64,000 bases of DNA, from positions 744,001-808,000 of the forward strand of contig NGBS01001160.1 in NCBI GenBank assembly GCA_002245135.1, read 5' to 3'. How positions within the stretch are numbered: the stretch's first letter is position 1; the number at the start of each line of letters is the position of its first letter. Origin of the DNA: Proteromonas lacertae (lineage: Eukaryota). A model generated the notes under the pieces. The model saw nothing but the letters and a program-made list of their open reading frames with translations, was not told where the DNA came from and made no database searches. Positions 27,320-41,723 of this stretch are shown piece after piece. Both the position numbers and the translations under genes were made by a program.

Positions 27320-30300
27320 TTATTTTCTTTTTCTTAGCTTTAAATTACTTTTTATTTGTATTGCCAATTTCTGCATTTCTTTTCTTTCAACCTCATACTT
27401 CTTTGAATTACTCTTCATAAATGGTATTTGTAGTGATAATATATCATATAATTCTTCCACTGTACATTTATCTAAAGCTTCTACGCTTTTATAACCTGAA
27501 TTATACAAGTATCTTGCTCTTTCAGCATTCAATACATTACATCCTCTTAATAATGGAATTAGTTCATCATCAGCACCAAAATTAATACGATCCTTGTAAT
27601 TCTGAAACAATACTTCCAGAAAATTCCATTTTAAATGTCTTACAAAACAGATAATCATTACTGAAAACATAGTCGTTGTATTTTGAAGTGATTGGATAGT
27701 TCCTCTTGCTATACCAAATGATTCACTAATTACATCAATTGGAACTTCATTAATAAGATTCCATAATATCATTGTTGAGTAGAATCTAATATGAATTTGT
27801 ATTTGTTGTTCTGTTTCACGATGAATGCCAATTCCATGATGTTTATTCATTAAATATTCTGGATCTATACCTATCTTTTCAGCTGAATCTTTCATATCAT
27901 TATTTAACTTCTGATATTCTATCCAGTAATGAATCCAATTAGGAGATATGCCTGTATATGTTGGTGTTAAACAATATAATATTTGTGTTTCATTAGATAT
28001 ATCAAATGAATCAATTGCTCTTTTTAAATCATTATATACAGTGATTGCATCTGATACTGAGAAGGATGAATAATAGATTGCTGAACCTAATGGAGTTGGA
28101 ATTAATATATTATCTTCAGATTGAATTGTAATAAACTTTGAATCTTTTAAATATTGTATTTCATTCTTGATAATTTCATCTATATTTTCATTTTCACTGT
28201 TATGTTGTGAATAATATAAAGTTGAATGAATCATCTCATATATATCACTCTCAGTCTTACATATCTTTGTTGATATAATATCTAATAACAGCTTTTGAAC
28301 ACCATGCGATTTAATAGACAAAGTTGATTGAATTGGTTTAGTATTAGATTTTAAAACATTAAAGAATGAATCTTTATATGTTGAAGGTAAGAATAGAAAT
28401 GATTCACCATAACTATCAAATCCAGTCCTACCAGCTCTACCAGCCATTTGTAGATATCTAACACTATCTAATATCTGATTACCTATATGAATATCTCTAA
28501 TTATAACTCTCTTTGTTGGTAGATTAACACCTGCTGCTAGTGTACTTGTACAACATAATATCTTGATTAATCCATCTCTATATCCTTTCTCTATTAAATC
28601 TCTTTCCTCTTGTGTTAGACCTGCATGATGCATACATATACCTCTATATTAATAATAATAATATATATATAATATATATACTTCTGTAAACATGAAAAAC
28701 AATTATCACTTTTACTATTGTTGTTTGATTTTGATATTGAGGTTTTACTATTGTTATTGGATCTTCTTATTCTATTCAACTTCTCTAGTAAGCTAATTCT
28801 TAATATTTGAGTGTTTTTATCATCATTCGTAAGGAATGGCAAAGTATCGAATAAATAATTAGATAGATTATTAGTTGCTTGTTTAGTTGGGCAAAATATT
28901 AATAATGATTCATCTAATAATATAATAGATAATATAATATAATATTTATACTGTTACTATATGATTCATAACATAATGATATTAATCCTTCATTATCTCT
29001 ACCATTAAACAATTTATTCACTTTAATCTGTCTTATTGAATTATTATTCTTATCATAGATCATTTTATCTCTAACAAAATATTCATGTAGAGGAACTGGT
29101 CTATAATGACATATATAATAAAAACCATTAATCCATTTAGATATATCTGGAATATTCGGTAATGTAGCACTTAATCCAATTATCTGTATTTTACTCTTCT
29201 TATATATTAATAATTTAGTCATTATTATCTCTAACAAATACCCTCTCGATGGTTCATTCAATGTATGTATCTCATCAATAACTACAATTCCTAATTCACT
29301 CAATCTATCTTCCTCTATTAGTCTATTGATTATACTATTCGATTTCTCTATTGTAGTAACAGCTATATGAGTTCCTTCTGATAATCTATTACCACCATCA
29401 TTACCACAATATGTACTTATTACTATATTCATACTACTCAATAGATTCTCTAAGGAATGAGCTTTTTCATGAATTAGACTAATATATGGTAAGATTATCA
29501 TTCCCTTTTTACCTTCTAATATTACTTTTCTAAATAATAACAAGTCAGCTACTAATGATTTACCACCACTAGTTGGTGCTGAATAGACGAAATTGTTACT
29601 ATTATTAATTACTGATCCATTACCACTACATAATGCTTCTACTTGCCAATTGTATAGTTCATTTACTCCTTTATGATTTAATGATAATATTAAGGATTGA
29701 GGAATGTTCCAGAATGTGAATTTCTTCATTTCATTCTTATCAGCGATTAGTTTAATTTGAAATTTATTATTATTATTATTATTGGATTTATTGTTATTTT
29801 TGAATTGTTTTAAGTCTGATTTATATCTCTCTAGATTCTTCTTATCTTCTATACATTGTAATCTTGCTGCTTTCCCTATTAGTTTCTTACCTGATAATGA
29901 TATATAATATCTACCACCACCTTTCTGATTTCTCCATACACCTACATTTTGGGGTATTTTTGGCTGAGTTGGTGATTTGGAGATTATATCACTTAATGTT
30001 AAGGTTGATACTGGATCATTTATTAATAAATCTTCCTGTTTCAGTGGTTGTTGTGGTTGTTGTGGAGGTTTAACTGGCGGTATAGTTGATAAATCCAATG
30101 GAAGTGGTATTTCTTCATTTTCATCATCTTCTTCATTTTCCATCACTTTTTGTAATGGTATCGATTGTTGTTGTTGTTGTTGTATTGGTAGAGGAGTAGT
30201 AAATGATAATAGTTTACTATCTATTGATTTGGAGGGAGATAAAGAAGACATTATAGGAATTGGAGAGAGATTTGGTGATTTGAGGTTTGATACTGATCTA

Positions 30301-30716
30301 GCTACTTCTGGAGTTGAATTAGATGATGATGATGAAGTATCTGATTCATTTAAGCCTAAATACATTGAATTTTGAGGATAAACAGGAATTGGAGAGAAAG
30401 TACTTTCTGAATCACTTCTTTTGTCATTTTGATAGGATCCACTCGAATCAAAGCTCGATTTTGTTTGACTTAATTTGTCCATGATCTATTAATAAGTAAA
30501 ATGCTTTAATACTTTCGAGCTTGGTAAAACAGCCATGTTCATATCTTTAGGATTCATCAGCGGGTTAATCAGGTTGAAACATTCAAATACACTCTTTAGT
30601 TTAACAACATTGGCTGATCCATCTGTTCTTGGAACTTTCTCTACTTGCTGTTTGAATGTATATGTTGGAAATTTTCGTTTTCTAGGTATAAAATAATTAT
30701 TTATCTGAGATTGCAT
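27320..30716 (-). CDS. HELQ: HELQ/Pol-theta-type Ski2-like helicase without a polymerase domain
   Basis: SAPTSGGKS, TIEK, DEIH, SATLPN, HHAGL, TSTLAAGVNLP, QMAGRAGR. Confidence 0.85.
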
Positions 30717-30861
30717 TCAAAAAACATTAAAAAAAGAAATTCTGCGAAATTTGAATTTTTTGTCTGAATGGCGGTTTTTGTTTTATTCTCATTTTTAATC
30801 ATACACACATTTTATAAACATAATAAAATAAGTTATATTTATTAATCTAGAAGAATGTTTT

Positions 30862-33598
30862 TTATTTCTTACCCATTGACAAGCAGAAACCACCACCAGT
30901 ATATCTAGCTTGTGAGTTTGCTGCTGATGTAGCTTGAGTTATTGCCCTTTGTATTGTTCCAGTTGCTTGACCAGTCATTTGACTTAAATCCAATTTAAGT
31001 GTTTCAACCAATTTCTTTGAATCATAATATCTACGTTTCAAATCTTGCAAATCACAATTTAATTTCTCAATTTCATATTTATACTCATTGACTTGTGCTT
31101 GACTCATATTCAATTCAGCAGCTAACACTTTCATTTGTTTTGTCTTTTCTTTTAGATTATGTTGATAAGCATTCAACTGTTCAGCTACTTCTGGACCTGG
31201 TTGTCTTGCTAATATACCTTTCAATTCATCATATATCTTATCTTTCTCCTTAATCACCAAATCTTTTTCTACCACTTGTTCTGTTTTATGTATCAATCTC
31301 TTCTGTAATGTTTGGATCTTCTGAATCATTTCATAAGTGGCTGGATCACTTCCTTCCAATTTTCTCCATCTATGAACATTCATTGGATTTTCTAATTCTT
31401 CAGACAAAGCTTTCACTTTAGTCTTTTCCTGTAACAATTCTCTTTGTAATTGGAATATTTCATCCTTCATATCACCTAATTGACCAGCTCTTCTACGAAT
31501 TATAGCCATTTCTCTTTCATCATCAGCTATCTTCAATCTCAATGCTTTAATATCTTCTAATCTTTCATTATATTGATATTCACCTTTGGTTAAAGTAGAT
31601 TTCAATATTTTCAATTTTTCATATAATAAAGCTAATTCATCATTTCTTCGAATTAATTGAGTTCCAAGGATATCTCTTTCATTTATAATTTGATCATATT
31701 CTTTCCTTTGTCTTAAAGCATCTTCATCCATAGAAGCAATACATCGAGTTAATTTACCAATCTCTTGATGTTGTTTTTCTAAAGTCTTTTCTGATTCTAT
31801 TAATAATGCATTTCTCTTAGCCAATTCTTGTTTCTCATGTTCATAATTCTTCTCTGTCTTTTGTCTATCAAAATGCTCTCGAACTAAAGCTTGATCTTTC
31901 GCTGCAATTTCTTCTTTCAACTGTTCAATTTGGTGAGTCATGATTTTGAATTTTCTCTTCAATTCAGCAATCTCATCTTGAGCTTCAATTAAATTTTTAC
32001 TATACAAATTCCTATCGGATCTTACAGCTTCATACAATTGTTGCTGTTGTTTTAATTTAGCTTCTCCTTCAGCTATCTTTTTCAATAAATCAGCTTCAGC
32101 CATTTCCTTTTAATTTTAATTGTTCCAACATATCCAAATACCTATTATGTTCTTGAGATAATTCAATTCCAAATGATTCTTTTTCTCTCGTTAATCTTGC
32201 AATTTCTTTTTCTAATAAACCAACTTCTCTCTTAAATTTCTCTAAGTCCATTTCTAGTCCTTGAACTGTTCTTTCTTTCTCCATTGCTTTATTCTCTTCA
32301 GCTTTTGTTCGTTTAGTTTGTTGTTCTAAGGATGTTCGTGTATGATCTCTTTCTCTTTCAATTGTTTGTAATTGCCTTTCTAATATTGTTTCTCTTTCTT
32401 TTGATTTTTCTACTTGATTATTTAAAGTTTTTATATCATTCTTTAACATTTCTTGTTGTAGTTTATTCTCTCCTAAAACGTTTTCTAAATTCTTTTCTCG
32501 TTTCTTACCTGCATCAACTTGTCTTCTCAATTGATCAATATTTGATTCTAATTTTTTAATATCACTTGATTTATCATCTATTGTAGCCATTAATGATCTA
32601 TTCTCAGCTTGTAATGCTGCATTTTTCTTTATATTTTCTTCATTTTCAGCTTGTACTTGATCTGATTTAGTCTGTAACGTACTATAATCTCTTAATGTTT
32701 TATCCAAAGTTGCTCTAACTTGATCTAACTCCTTTTGAGTATCTTCAATCTTCTTCTCCTTTTGTTGTAAAGTTGCCATCAACTTGATCTCTTTCTGTAG
32801 CTTTAGCTTCTAATTGAACTCTCATATTCTTCAATTCTTTATCTAATCTTTCTTTATGTTTTGCTTCTCTAGCTTCTCTGGCTTTACTATTGGCTAATTC
32901 TTCTCTTAATTCGTTTATTGTATCCATCAGTTCTTGTGTACTATTCTTTTTCTCATCTAATTGGGCGTGTAGTTCTTGGATTCTGGAGACTAATTCTTCA
33001 TTATTCTTTTGAGTTTCGTTTAACTTTTGTGTTAAGTCTTCTTTCACTTTCATTAATTCTTTAACTGCGTTTTCTTGACCTGATGATAAACCTGCACCTT
33101 CTTCCACTAGTTGACTTAAATGAGCTATTTCTGTTTTTAATTGTGATATTGTTTCTTTTGCTCTGATTTCTTTATCATGTGAAGCATCTACCATCTTCCA
33201 CGCTTTTTGAATCTCTTTTTTTAAGGAAGCTATTGTATTTTGATCATCTTGTGATAATTTAAGAGCTGTTTGTACTTTTGCTGCATTATTTACTATTTCT
33301 GCATTTAATTCACGACATTTTTTAATCAATCGTTTTTCTTGATCATGACTCTATTTATTAAATTAGAATTAACTGAAAATATACTTTTTTCAAAGCACGA
33401 TGTAACTTTTCATATTCTAGTCTAAATTTTTCGAGAGATTTATCACCTACCAAGCATTTGTAACACTTCTTGAAAATCTCTTTCAAGTGTATCGAATGCT
33501 TGTGTCTCTGCTCCAAGATCATCAAAACCCTTTTCTTTTTCACCATCCTATTGAAAGAATAAATGATATAGATAAATCTATTATACATCAGCTGACAT
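30862..33598 (-). CDS. CFAP58: Cilia/flagella-associated coiled-coil protein CFAP58 (CCDC147); three +1 shifts
   Basis: LEKFRLEYEKLHRALKK, YEAVRSDRNLYSKNL, ERDILGTQLIRRNDELALLYEK, ELENPMNVHRWRKLEGSDP. Confidence 0.92.
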
Positions 33599-33715
33599 TA
33601 TATTAATTTGTCTTTATCTTATAGAATAAAAACAAAAATAGTTCAACTAAACGGTTTTACGTAATTTACATTGTCAATTTTCTTTCATTGACACATTTTT
33701 TAAATCTATTTTTTC

Positions 33716-34379
33716 ATGGCCGAAACAGCTTCCAATCCTTCAGATAATGTTTTAGCTGGTATAATAATGCTTTGAATATGTATTATTTAGAATCTGTTAA
33801 ACAAACAGATAAAACTCCAATACCAGAACTTGAAACAGTATATGTAATATCATAATATGTATTATAGATATTAAAACAAATAGCCACTAATAGTGTAGTC
33901 GAAAATACTTGGGAATTATTGAAACAATATTTGGCTTACAGAATATCTACTGTTATTCTCGATTATAAACTCAAATATCCATCCGCTAAAAGTGAGGAAG
34001 AAATACAAAGTGAAATAAATTTAATCTCAAAAAGAGTTATTGCTTATCTTTAGTATATTCAAATATATTACAGATATCAATAGTGTACCATTTACAATTC
34101 AGCGTATTTGTGAAGTCATATTAAATCCTGAAGAATATTATAATGATGTAGAATCTGTTATTCAAGCTTTTAATAAAGTATATATTATTTTTATATATTA
34201 TGTATTTATTATAGTTAACAATTGTACATATCGAAAATAATAATAATATGCCTAATTCAACCGCTATGGAAGAGGATGAAGATAATGAGGATAGCTGCGC
34301 TTTACCTCAAATACCACAAGCACCAGTTAATACTCTAGATAATGGTGATATTGCAACTGTTATGCCAAAAACTAATTAG
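33716..34379 (+). CDS. PPP4R2: PP4 regulatory subunit 2-like protein
   Basis: PFTIQRICEVILNPEEYY motif; several short introns. Confidence 0.7.
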
Positions 34380-34480
34380 AATTTTCATACATTTATATAT
34401 GATATATATTATTTTAACCTTTATTTTTGTAATTAAAAAGCAATTAAAAATATATTAAAGTGTAATAAAATAATAAATGA

Positions 34481-37176
34481 TTATATCATGATATTGGATG
34501 GTTTTGCATCTAATCCAAACTGTAAATCATTCATTGAGACATTAATATCAGTGTCATTACACATAGTAATAAACATCAATATCCTCGAATTGTATTTCAA
34601 AGAAGAATGTAAGTATAATGTCAAAGGAGAAATTTTAAATTGAGTTAATGGTTGTGCAAAATCCAATCCCTTTTCATTCAATAATGATTTCAATAGTTGA
34701 AATGATTTTTGTAACATTATATCTTTAGTAGAACTATTAGCTAATTCTACAAAGTTGACTCTTTGTTTCTTCATTGTTTTTTGACCTTGTGTACTAAATT
34801 CAACTGTAAATGTTGTAATTATATGACTATCAACTTTTCTATAATTTGCTTTACTTTCATTGTATATTCTCAATGCATCTACATATGCTGGAGTCTTTAC
34901 CAAAGATGGTTTTAACTTGTTTTGCTTTACTTCAATTATTTCATTTTGAATTAAATCAACTATTTCATTCGATGTGATTTGGATTCTACTTATCTATGTA
35001 AATGTAATAAACAAATAAAAAATAATACTGATATTGAGAATGAATTTCTATTTTTATTCTGCTCAAATTTATGATATAATGATATAATGGACAAATGTAA
35101 TAATCCTGGAGTATATTGATTGCCTTCAATCTGATAAGTTTTACCTGTTTTTGTTGATCCATAAAAGAAATAATTAATTGTATAACCTTGAAATACACCA
35201 GATAGAGTGGGTAAAATTTGTTCTAATATCTCATTATGTGTTGTAACTTCATCATAAATATGATCATAATAATAAAGCGTATAAATACCTTTATTCACTA
35301 ACTCTAATTCTTTGCTACTTCTTATGGTGAAATACTGTTGACTTGCTGTTTTGGTTGATGGTTTTATACAACAGAATAGATTGTAATTTGTCTAATTACA
35401 TAATAACAATAATTATGAAAATATTATACAGATGGAGTGTTATATTTCAATTTATCAACAATCAATTTGAAACTATTTACTTGTGTTTCTAAAATATTCA
35501 CTTCATTTCTATGTTTTTCATAATCTTCATCTCTTTGTTTTTCATAGAATGCAACAATATCTTGTTTCTTCGATATTGTTTCTTCAGCATCTGTTTTCAT
35601 TTGTTCTAATTCATTAATCTTCTTTCCCAATGATATGATATGCTTATCCTCTAAAAATATAGAATAATATATATATATATTATACTTTCTGTTATATTTT
35701 GACTTAATTGTGTAATATGTTGTTCTATCTCCGTCTTTTGATTTTCAATTTCAATAACTTTATTTCTCAATGTTTCAATTTCACTGACTCTAAATGTAAT
35801 TTCTTTTTCGATTGAATAATTACCATCATATAATCTCAAAGGTGCCATAAATGTCAAATGATCTACTCTTGGATCATTATAATCATATTGGCCTGTTGTA
35901 AGACAATAATAACAAGTGTATGAGTTAAATGTTCCTAACTGATAATCTGTTGTTGTTCCATCTTCATTCTTTAATGCAAATTCTATTGGAGCATTTGGAT
36001 ATTTTGATGTGACATAATTTCTGTAGGAAATTAAATGATATTCGAATGGATCATAATAACTAGATAAATAGTTTTGTATTTCTATTAAATTATGGTATTT
36101 TGCAAGGTCATAAGCATTATATCCATCATTGTTCTTAAGATCAATATCGATCCATTTATTCTCCAACAGTAATTGAACAAAATCAATTCTATTGGCTAAA
36201 ACTGATAAGTGAAATGCTGAATTACCATCAGTATCAACTAAATTAACATCTTCAGGTTTCAATAAATCATTTTGTAAATAATAATATGCAACAGCTAAAC
36301 AGAAAAAAAATGAATACATAAATAAATAATATACGATAATGTCCACATTTTATACAGATTCTGAATATATTATCACCTTCTGAATTCAATACACTCAAAT
36401 CAGGATTGAATTGTAATATTGTTTTAATAATATTTATATCTCCTAATCTTGTATAATAATGAACTAGATATTCCTATTTAAACAATAAATAAAATGATGT
36501 ATAAGATAATACATTTCCACAATTGAGAGTATTAATCAACATATTTCCATTTTCATCTAACTTTGTAGTTAAATTACTTAATAATAATGTCAAACAGTCC
36601 ATTATTCTGACTTCACTAATTGATGGATTTTCTCTACTCTTCAATACGGCATTAATACACTCAAAATTAATTACTGCTTCATGTTCTAATAATTTCTTCA
36701 TTATTTTGTAGTTTGCTAATTTACATGATATATGTAGAGGTGTCTCACCGTAATATTCAAAGTTCACATCACATTGCAATTCTAAGATTTCACCTACTTT
36801 ACTCACATCTCCTGTTGATACTGCTTTATATAATTTCTCTTGTAAAGGATCAAGTGTTTCGATATAATCAATAACTGGTTCTGGGGCTCTTCCACTATTA
36901 CATATCCAATTCCTTCTGGGAGGGTTTTTACCACTGGAAGGAGTTGAATAGTAAACATTGTTGTCTTTTGAGATTGTCCAATACCATTCATTGTTAATCA
37001 TCATTCTACCAAGCACAAAATCATAGTTATTCACATAAACGGCTTGATCTCCACTTCCCATCAAACTATCACAGTAAAACTATAAAATACTTATATGTTC
37101 CGTTTGTCATTGACAGTCCAGCATGAGTTACCTTGATTTGGTTGGGCTATATGAATGGAAATACCAGATATACCAT
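34481..37176 (-). CDS. Ankyrin-repeat / coiled-coil protein with degenerate C-terminal kinesin motor-like domain
   Basis: GETPLH, GNSAFH ankyrin motifs; GYTINYFFYGSTKTGKTY; NFVELANS; SPLTLYLHSSL; ORFs linked by GT-AG introns. Confidence 0.75.
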
Positions 37177-37325
37177 TTTAAAAAGAAATAAAAAAAGAGT
37201 CGGAGTTTGACCCGATTTTTCATTTTAGATTTTAATTATGTCTAAAAATGGTATATAAATGACAAAAAATAGGATGTATATAATTACATAGACATATGAA
37301 ACAAACATAATAGCTTTAACGAAAG

Positions 37326-37758
37326 TTATTTTTGTTTGGATGTTTTTTCTGGAGATGACTTAGGTTTACTCTTATCAACTGGTAAAGCAACTGGTTTACT
37401 AACACTGTGCTTTATCTTTTCTGGAGAATCTCCTGTTTCTTTTGAATGAGGTTGTTTCTTCATTTCTTCAGGGATTTTGAAACTTGTTGGAATTGCACAA
37501 GATTTGATTGGTTGTCTTTTCTTTGGTAGTTGTTGCGGTATTGCAGTTGACACTGCTCCTGAATGGTTTAGATGGACTAGATGTAGCTGTCTTCTCTAAT
37601 GATCTTGTTGGTGAATTGATTTGAGGAGATTTTATTGTTTTATTTGATGTTTTATCAGCAACAGTCGAATGTGGAATAACAGGTGAAGAAGTTATTGACG
37701 TATTAGGAGATGCTTTCTTTATTCCACTTCCACTTCCACTTCCATTTACATTTCCATT

Positions 37759-37811
<53 letters not shown>

Positions 37812-40357
37812 TGGATGAGATAGTGGTGGTTTTTGTGGTGATTGTTGTTGTTGACTGTGATGATGATGTTGCTGATGTTGTTGTTGTAATGCTGGTGGTT
37901 GAGAATCTATCTTTACTGGCGACTTCATTTCACTTGACGATGTAGTTGGTTTGGTTGCTTCTGTAGTTGATGCAGTAGATGCAGTTGATCTTGTTGATGA
38001 ATCTAATGCTGGTCCAATGGGTGATACAAAATCAGGTTCATACTTTTTGATGATAACTTCCATATTTCTTATAATACCAATATCATGTTTTACTTTCTTT
38101 TGAAATTGAATCAACTGAACTTCAAATTTCTTTATCTTTTCAGATCTTTTCTTCATCTCTTCTTTATAATTACCTATCATTTTCTCTAAACCTTTAATCT
38201 TTTCTTCCTGTTTTTTCATTTTCTCTTCCATTTCTACATTTGGAGTTATGTTCTGACTGTTATTTAAACTACTTTCAGATGAATGAACTAATTCTTTTAT
38301 CTTTTCAACGTCTTTATTATGTTCACTATCATATTTCTCACATTTACTTTGTAATTTTTTCATTTCTTCTGTTAAAGAACGATTATCTCTTTTCAATTCC
38401 TCTACTTTCTCTGTTAATTCTTTCACTTCCACATCAGCTGTAATATTAGATGGAGTATTAGAATGTTTTAACTTATCTATTTTATCATTTAAAGCTTGAA
38501 TCTTTTCTTCGTACTTGATTTTCAATCCATTTTCACGATTTTCAAATTCTAATACCTTTGATTTTATAGCTTCATCTTTCTCAGCTATTTGATTCTTCAA
38601 TTCATTCATTCTTTGTTGTAATGTTTCATTATCATTTGCTAATCTTGAGATTTGTTGTCTCAAACCATTCTCATTATTATTATCTGACGCAGGTGTTAAT
38701 GGAATAGAATTACTCACATAATTACTATTTGCTTTAGTATAAGCAGAAATTGGAGCAAAGAAATACTCAAAACTAATTCTTGGATCTTCAGATAGAACAG
38801 AATTATCACTCATTTTAACAAAGAATATTCTACCATCGGCACTTTCACTCTTCTCATAATATTCATAATCATTTTCAGTAGGACCTACATTCAATGCAAA
38901 TAAGGGAGGTGCAACTGGATATTCATAGGTTGAATAATAAGTCCACTGTTCTTCTGTTGCTGCTTCTACAACTTTATCAGGTTCTTCTATTGTTTCTACA
39001 TTATAAACAGCATCACCATTTGTTATAGTATTAATATTGTTATTAGAAGTGTCATGTTGACTTGCTGCTCTTGTTATACTAATTCTAGATCTTCTTCTAT
39101 TACCAGCAGAACCACCACCAAGTGTATATCTTATCGATTTTGTTAAGAAATCAGCTTTCTTACTCAACTTATTATCAGTTGGTGTATAATCAAATTGATT
39201 ACTAGAATCATATCCAAATTCATCTTCAGTTGGATATCTTGGTGTAACTACTTTAATCTCAGCATACTGTTCTCTCAATTTATGATCAAATTCCATCAAC
39301 ATATCAACACTATTCATTGAAGACATTTTCACTCCCAATTCAAAGGCAGTATAACCATCACAATTCCTAATTTGAAGATCTGGAGTGAATTCTAATAGTA
39401 TCTTTAATATATCATGATAATCATTTATTACTACGATATGAACTGGAGTATTTCCACTATAATCTTGTTCATTCAACATATCTATATCTACACTTGATAA
39501 TATCTCTTTTAAAAAGGCTGTTTGATTATTTTCACAAGCAACATGGATAATATTTGATCCATTAAACCCAATTGCTTTTGTATCAACTCCAAATTCAACT
39601 AATCTATAATATATCTTAACATTTCCATATTTAGCACAATAATGAACTAAACAATATTCGTCTTGAGTAAAATTGTTTAACATTGTTGTATCTTGTAATA
39701 AATCCATTAGTTGGTTGAAACATGCAAAGTTATTCTTTTCTATTGTTATAGGCTATTGAATCAATATCAATAAATGCTCCTGAATTAACTAAAACTTTTA
39801 TTAATTCGGTATTTCCACTTTTAGAGGCTATATACAATGGTGTTTCTTCTGTTATATCGGAAATTGCATTAGGATTTGCACCATGTGAGATAAATTCTGA
39901 AGCTAATGTTATGTTTTGATGTCTACAAGCGTCTATTAAGCTCTTATTTATTTCTGGATCTATTTCATATCGAACAGTCTACGTTATTATATAATAAAAA
40001 TCATAAATACAGAATATGAAATCTTTGGAGTAGGATCTTTAGACATTTCAGTTGACATCCAGTGTTTTTCTGGTGGTATTAAGCCAGATCCAGGAGCTAT
40101 ATAAAATTCTGTATCGTTACCAACAATAGCCCAATACTCTTCTAAATTCTCATTAACTCGTTTTACAATAATAAAATCGAGTGGTCCTGCATATTCTGTC
40201 ACTCCGTCACTGTTAGTAGTTTTTCTACGTAACTATTACTAATTTTATATATACTTATATGTGCCATTTAACAGTGTCACTGCTGCGCCACTGACTTCAA
40301 CACTTGATAAAGCATCAGGATGAATATTCTATTTATCTGGATAATGAAATATACCAT
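37326..40357 (-). CDS. Ankyrin-repeat / WW-like / coiled-coil protein with low-complexity tail; paralog of 34481-37176
   Basis: ETPLYIAS, GNTPVH; shared N-terminal NGTY..W..Y..PP..W..P.P module; frameshifts near 39750, 37760 and 37563. Confidence 0.75.
37760..37811. repeat. (AAT)n coding microsatellite (poly-Asn)
   Basis: Visible ATT run encoding the N tract on the minus strand. Confidence 0.95.
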
Positions 40358-40652
40358 TAAACTCAGAAAAACAATTTTACGACTAACATCAGTAATGTGT
40401 ATTACACTTGAATCGGATTTCCTAAGATTTAGAAGTAAATACAGACACTTTGAAGCTTAATAATCAGAATGCCATATTATCATATGTGTAATATCATAAA
40501 GAAATGGTAGAAGGATGATAATTTATTTATGGTAGATGTTTTCACCCAACTGTTTGAGTTATGAGAGTTATATTTTGAATGTAGAGCAGTTGACTGTAAT
40601 GTTATTTTTTGTTGAAAATGTTTTTATTTTGAAACACGACTATCAGGTTTTT

Positions 40653-41543
40653 ATGGATCAAATAGTGAAAAGTATCACTCTATGGAGTTTAATGATTAAC
40701 TAGATTATAATAAATATGTAAATTTGAATAAAAGTCCAAAGCATATGTGGAATTCTGTGTGTTTAAGAATAAGAGGAAGAGATCAGGTAGATGAAGTTGA
40801 TTCTATAGAATCAGAGTGTATTATAGAAAATAGAACACTAGCTTTTATAAGTATATGTTAAGTTTGAATTATATTTTTAGTTAATACAAGTGGTATTTCA
40901 CATTATACGGTATTTGATGAATTGCACAAGAAATGTAATTGTGAATATATTTCAGGAATTGACTTATCAGATAATATGTATAGTCCATATCAGTTTAATA
41001 AAGTAATGAATTCATTAATGAATATGAACACACTTTCAATCGATTCACTGAATTTATCCAACAACAACATATCTGATAAAAGTTTTAAATTGTTATTAGA
41101 GTTTATTTCATCAAAATCTTGTAGAAATTTACTAAGCTTAAACCTTGATAGTATTTATATTGTTTATATTATACAAAATAGATAATATTCTCACTAATGC
41201 ATGTATGAAATTATTCAAGAATAATATAATCTTTGGAGTTTGTAGTCATTTGAGGTATTTAGATTTATCAAACAATGTTTATGATTATAAAGGGATAAAA
41301 TCATTTAGTAAAGTGTTATATCGTGGGTATTTACCTGAATTGGAACAAATTACACTTACGTGTAAAAAGATTCCTCTAGTTCCTAATAACTGTCTTTCTA
41401 ATGCTATTCAGAATGGTGCACTGAAAAGAAAATCACTAAAATCTGTAATGTTCAATGATGAAGATATTTTACATAATTCATTTCCTAGAAATTCAGTTGA
41501 TAGTAAAGAAAATTTCAATGCTTATGAGATACATTCTAATTAA
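40653..41543 (+). CDS. Leucine-rich repeat (RNI-like) protein
   Basis: IDLSDN, LNLSNNNISD, LNLD.N.LT, LDLSNN repeats; short introns. Confidence 0.75.
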
Positions 41544-41723
41544 TTAAGTTTTAAATTGTGTATTTTTAATTGTATAATAGGTTGTATAATTTTGTTATAC
41601 ATTTACATAACCAATGATGATTATAGTTTTTGTTGCGGATACTACCATTATTTTTTAGATATTTTTACCATAACAAACAGACATTCAAGCTAACATTATT
41701 AAATTAGATTAAAATAAAACTAT

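Noticed and set aside
41610..41700. Possible box C/D snoRNA (ATGATGA)
   Set aside because: No matching CTGA D box or terminal stem seen.
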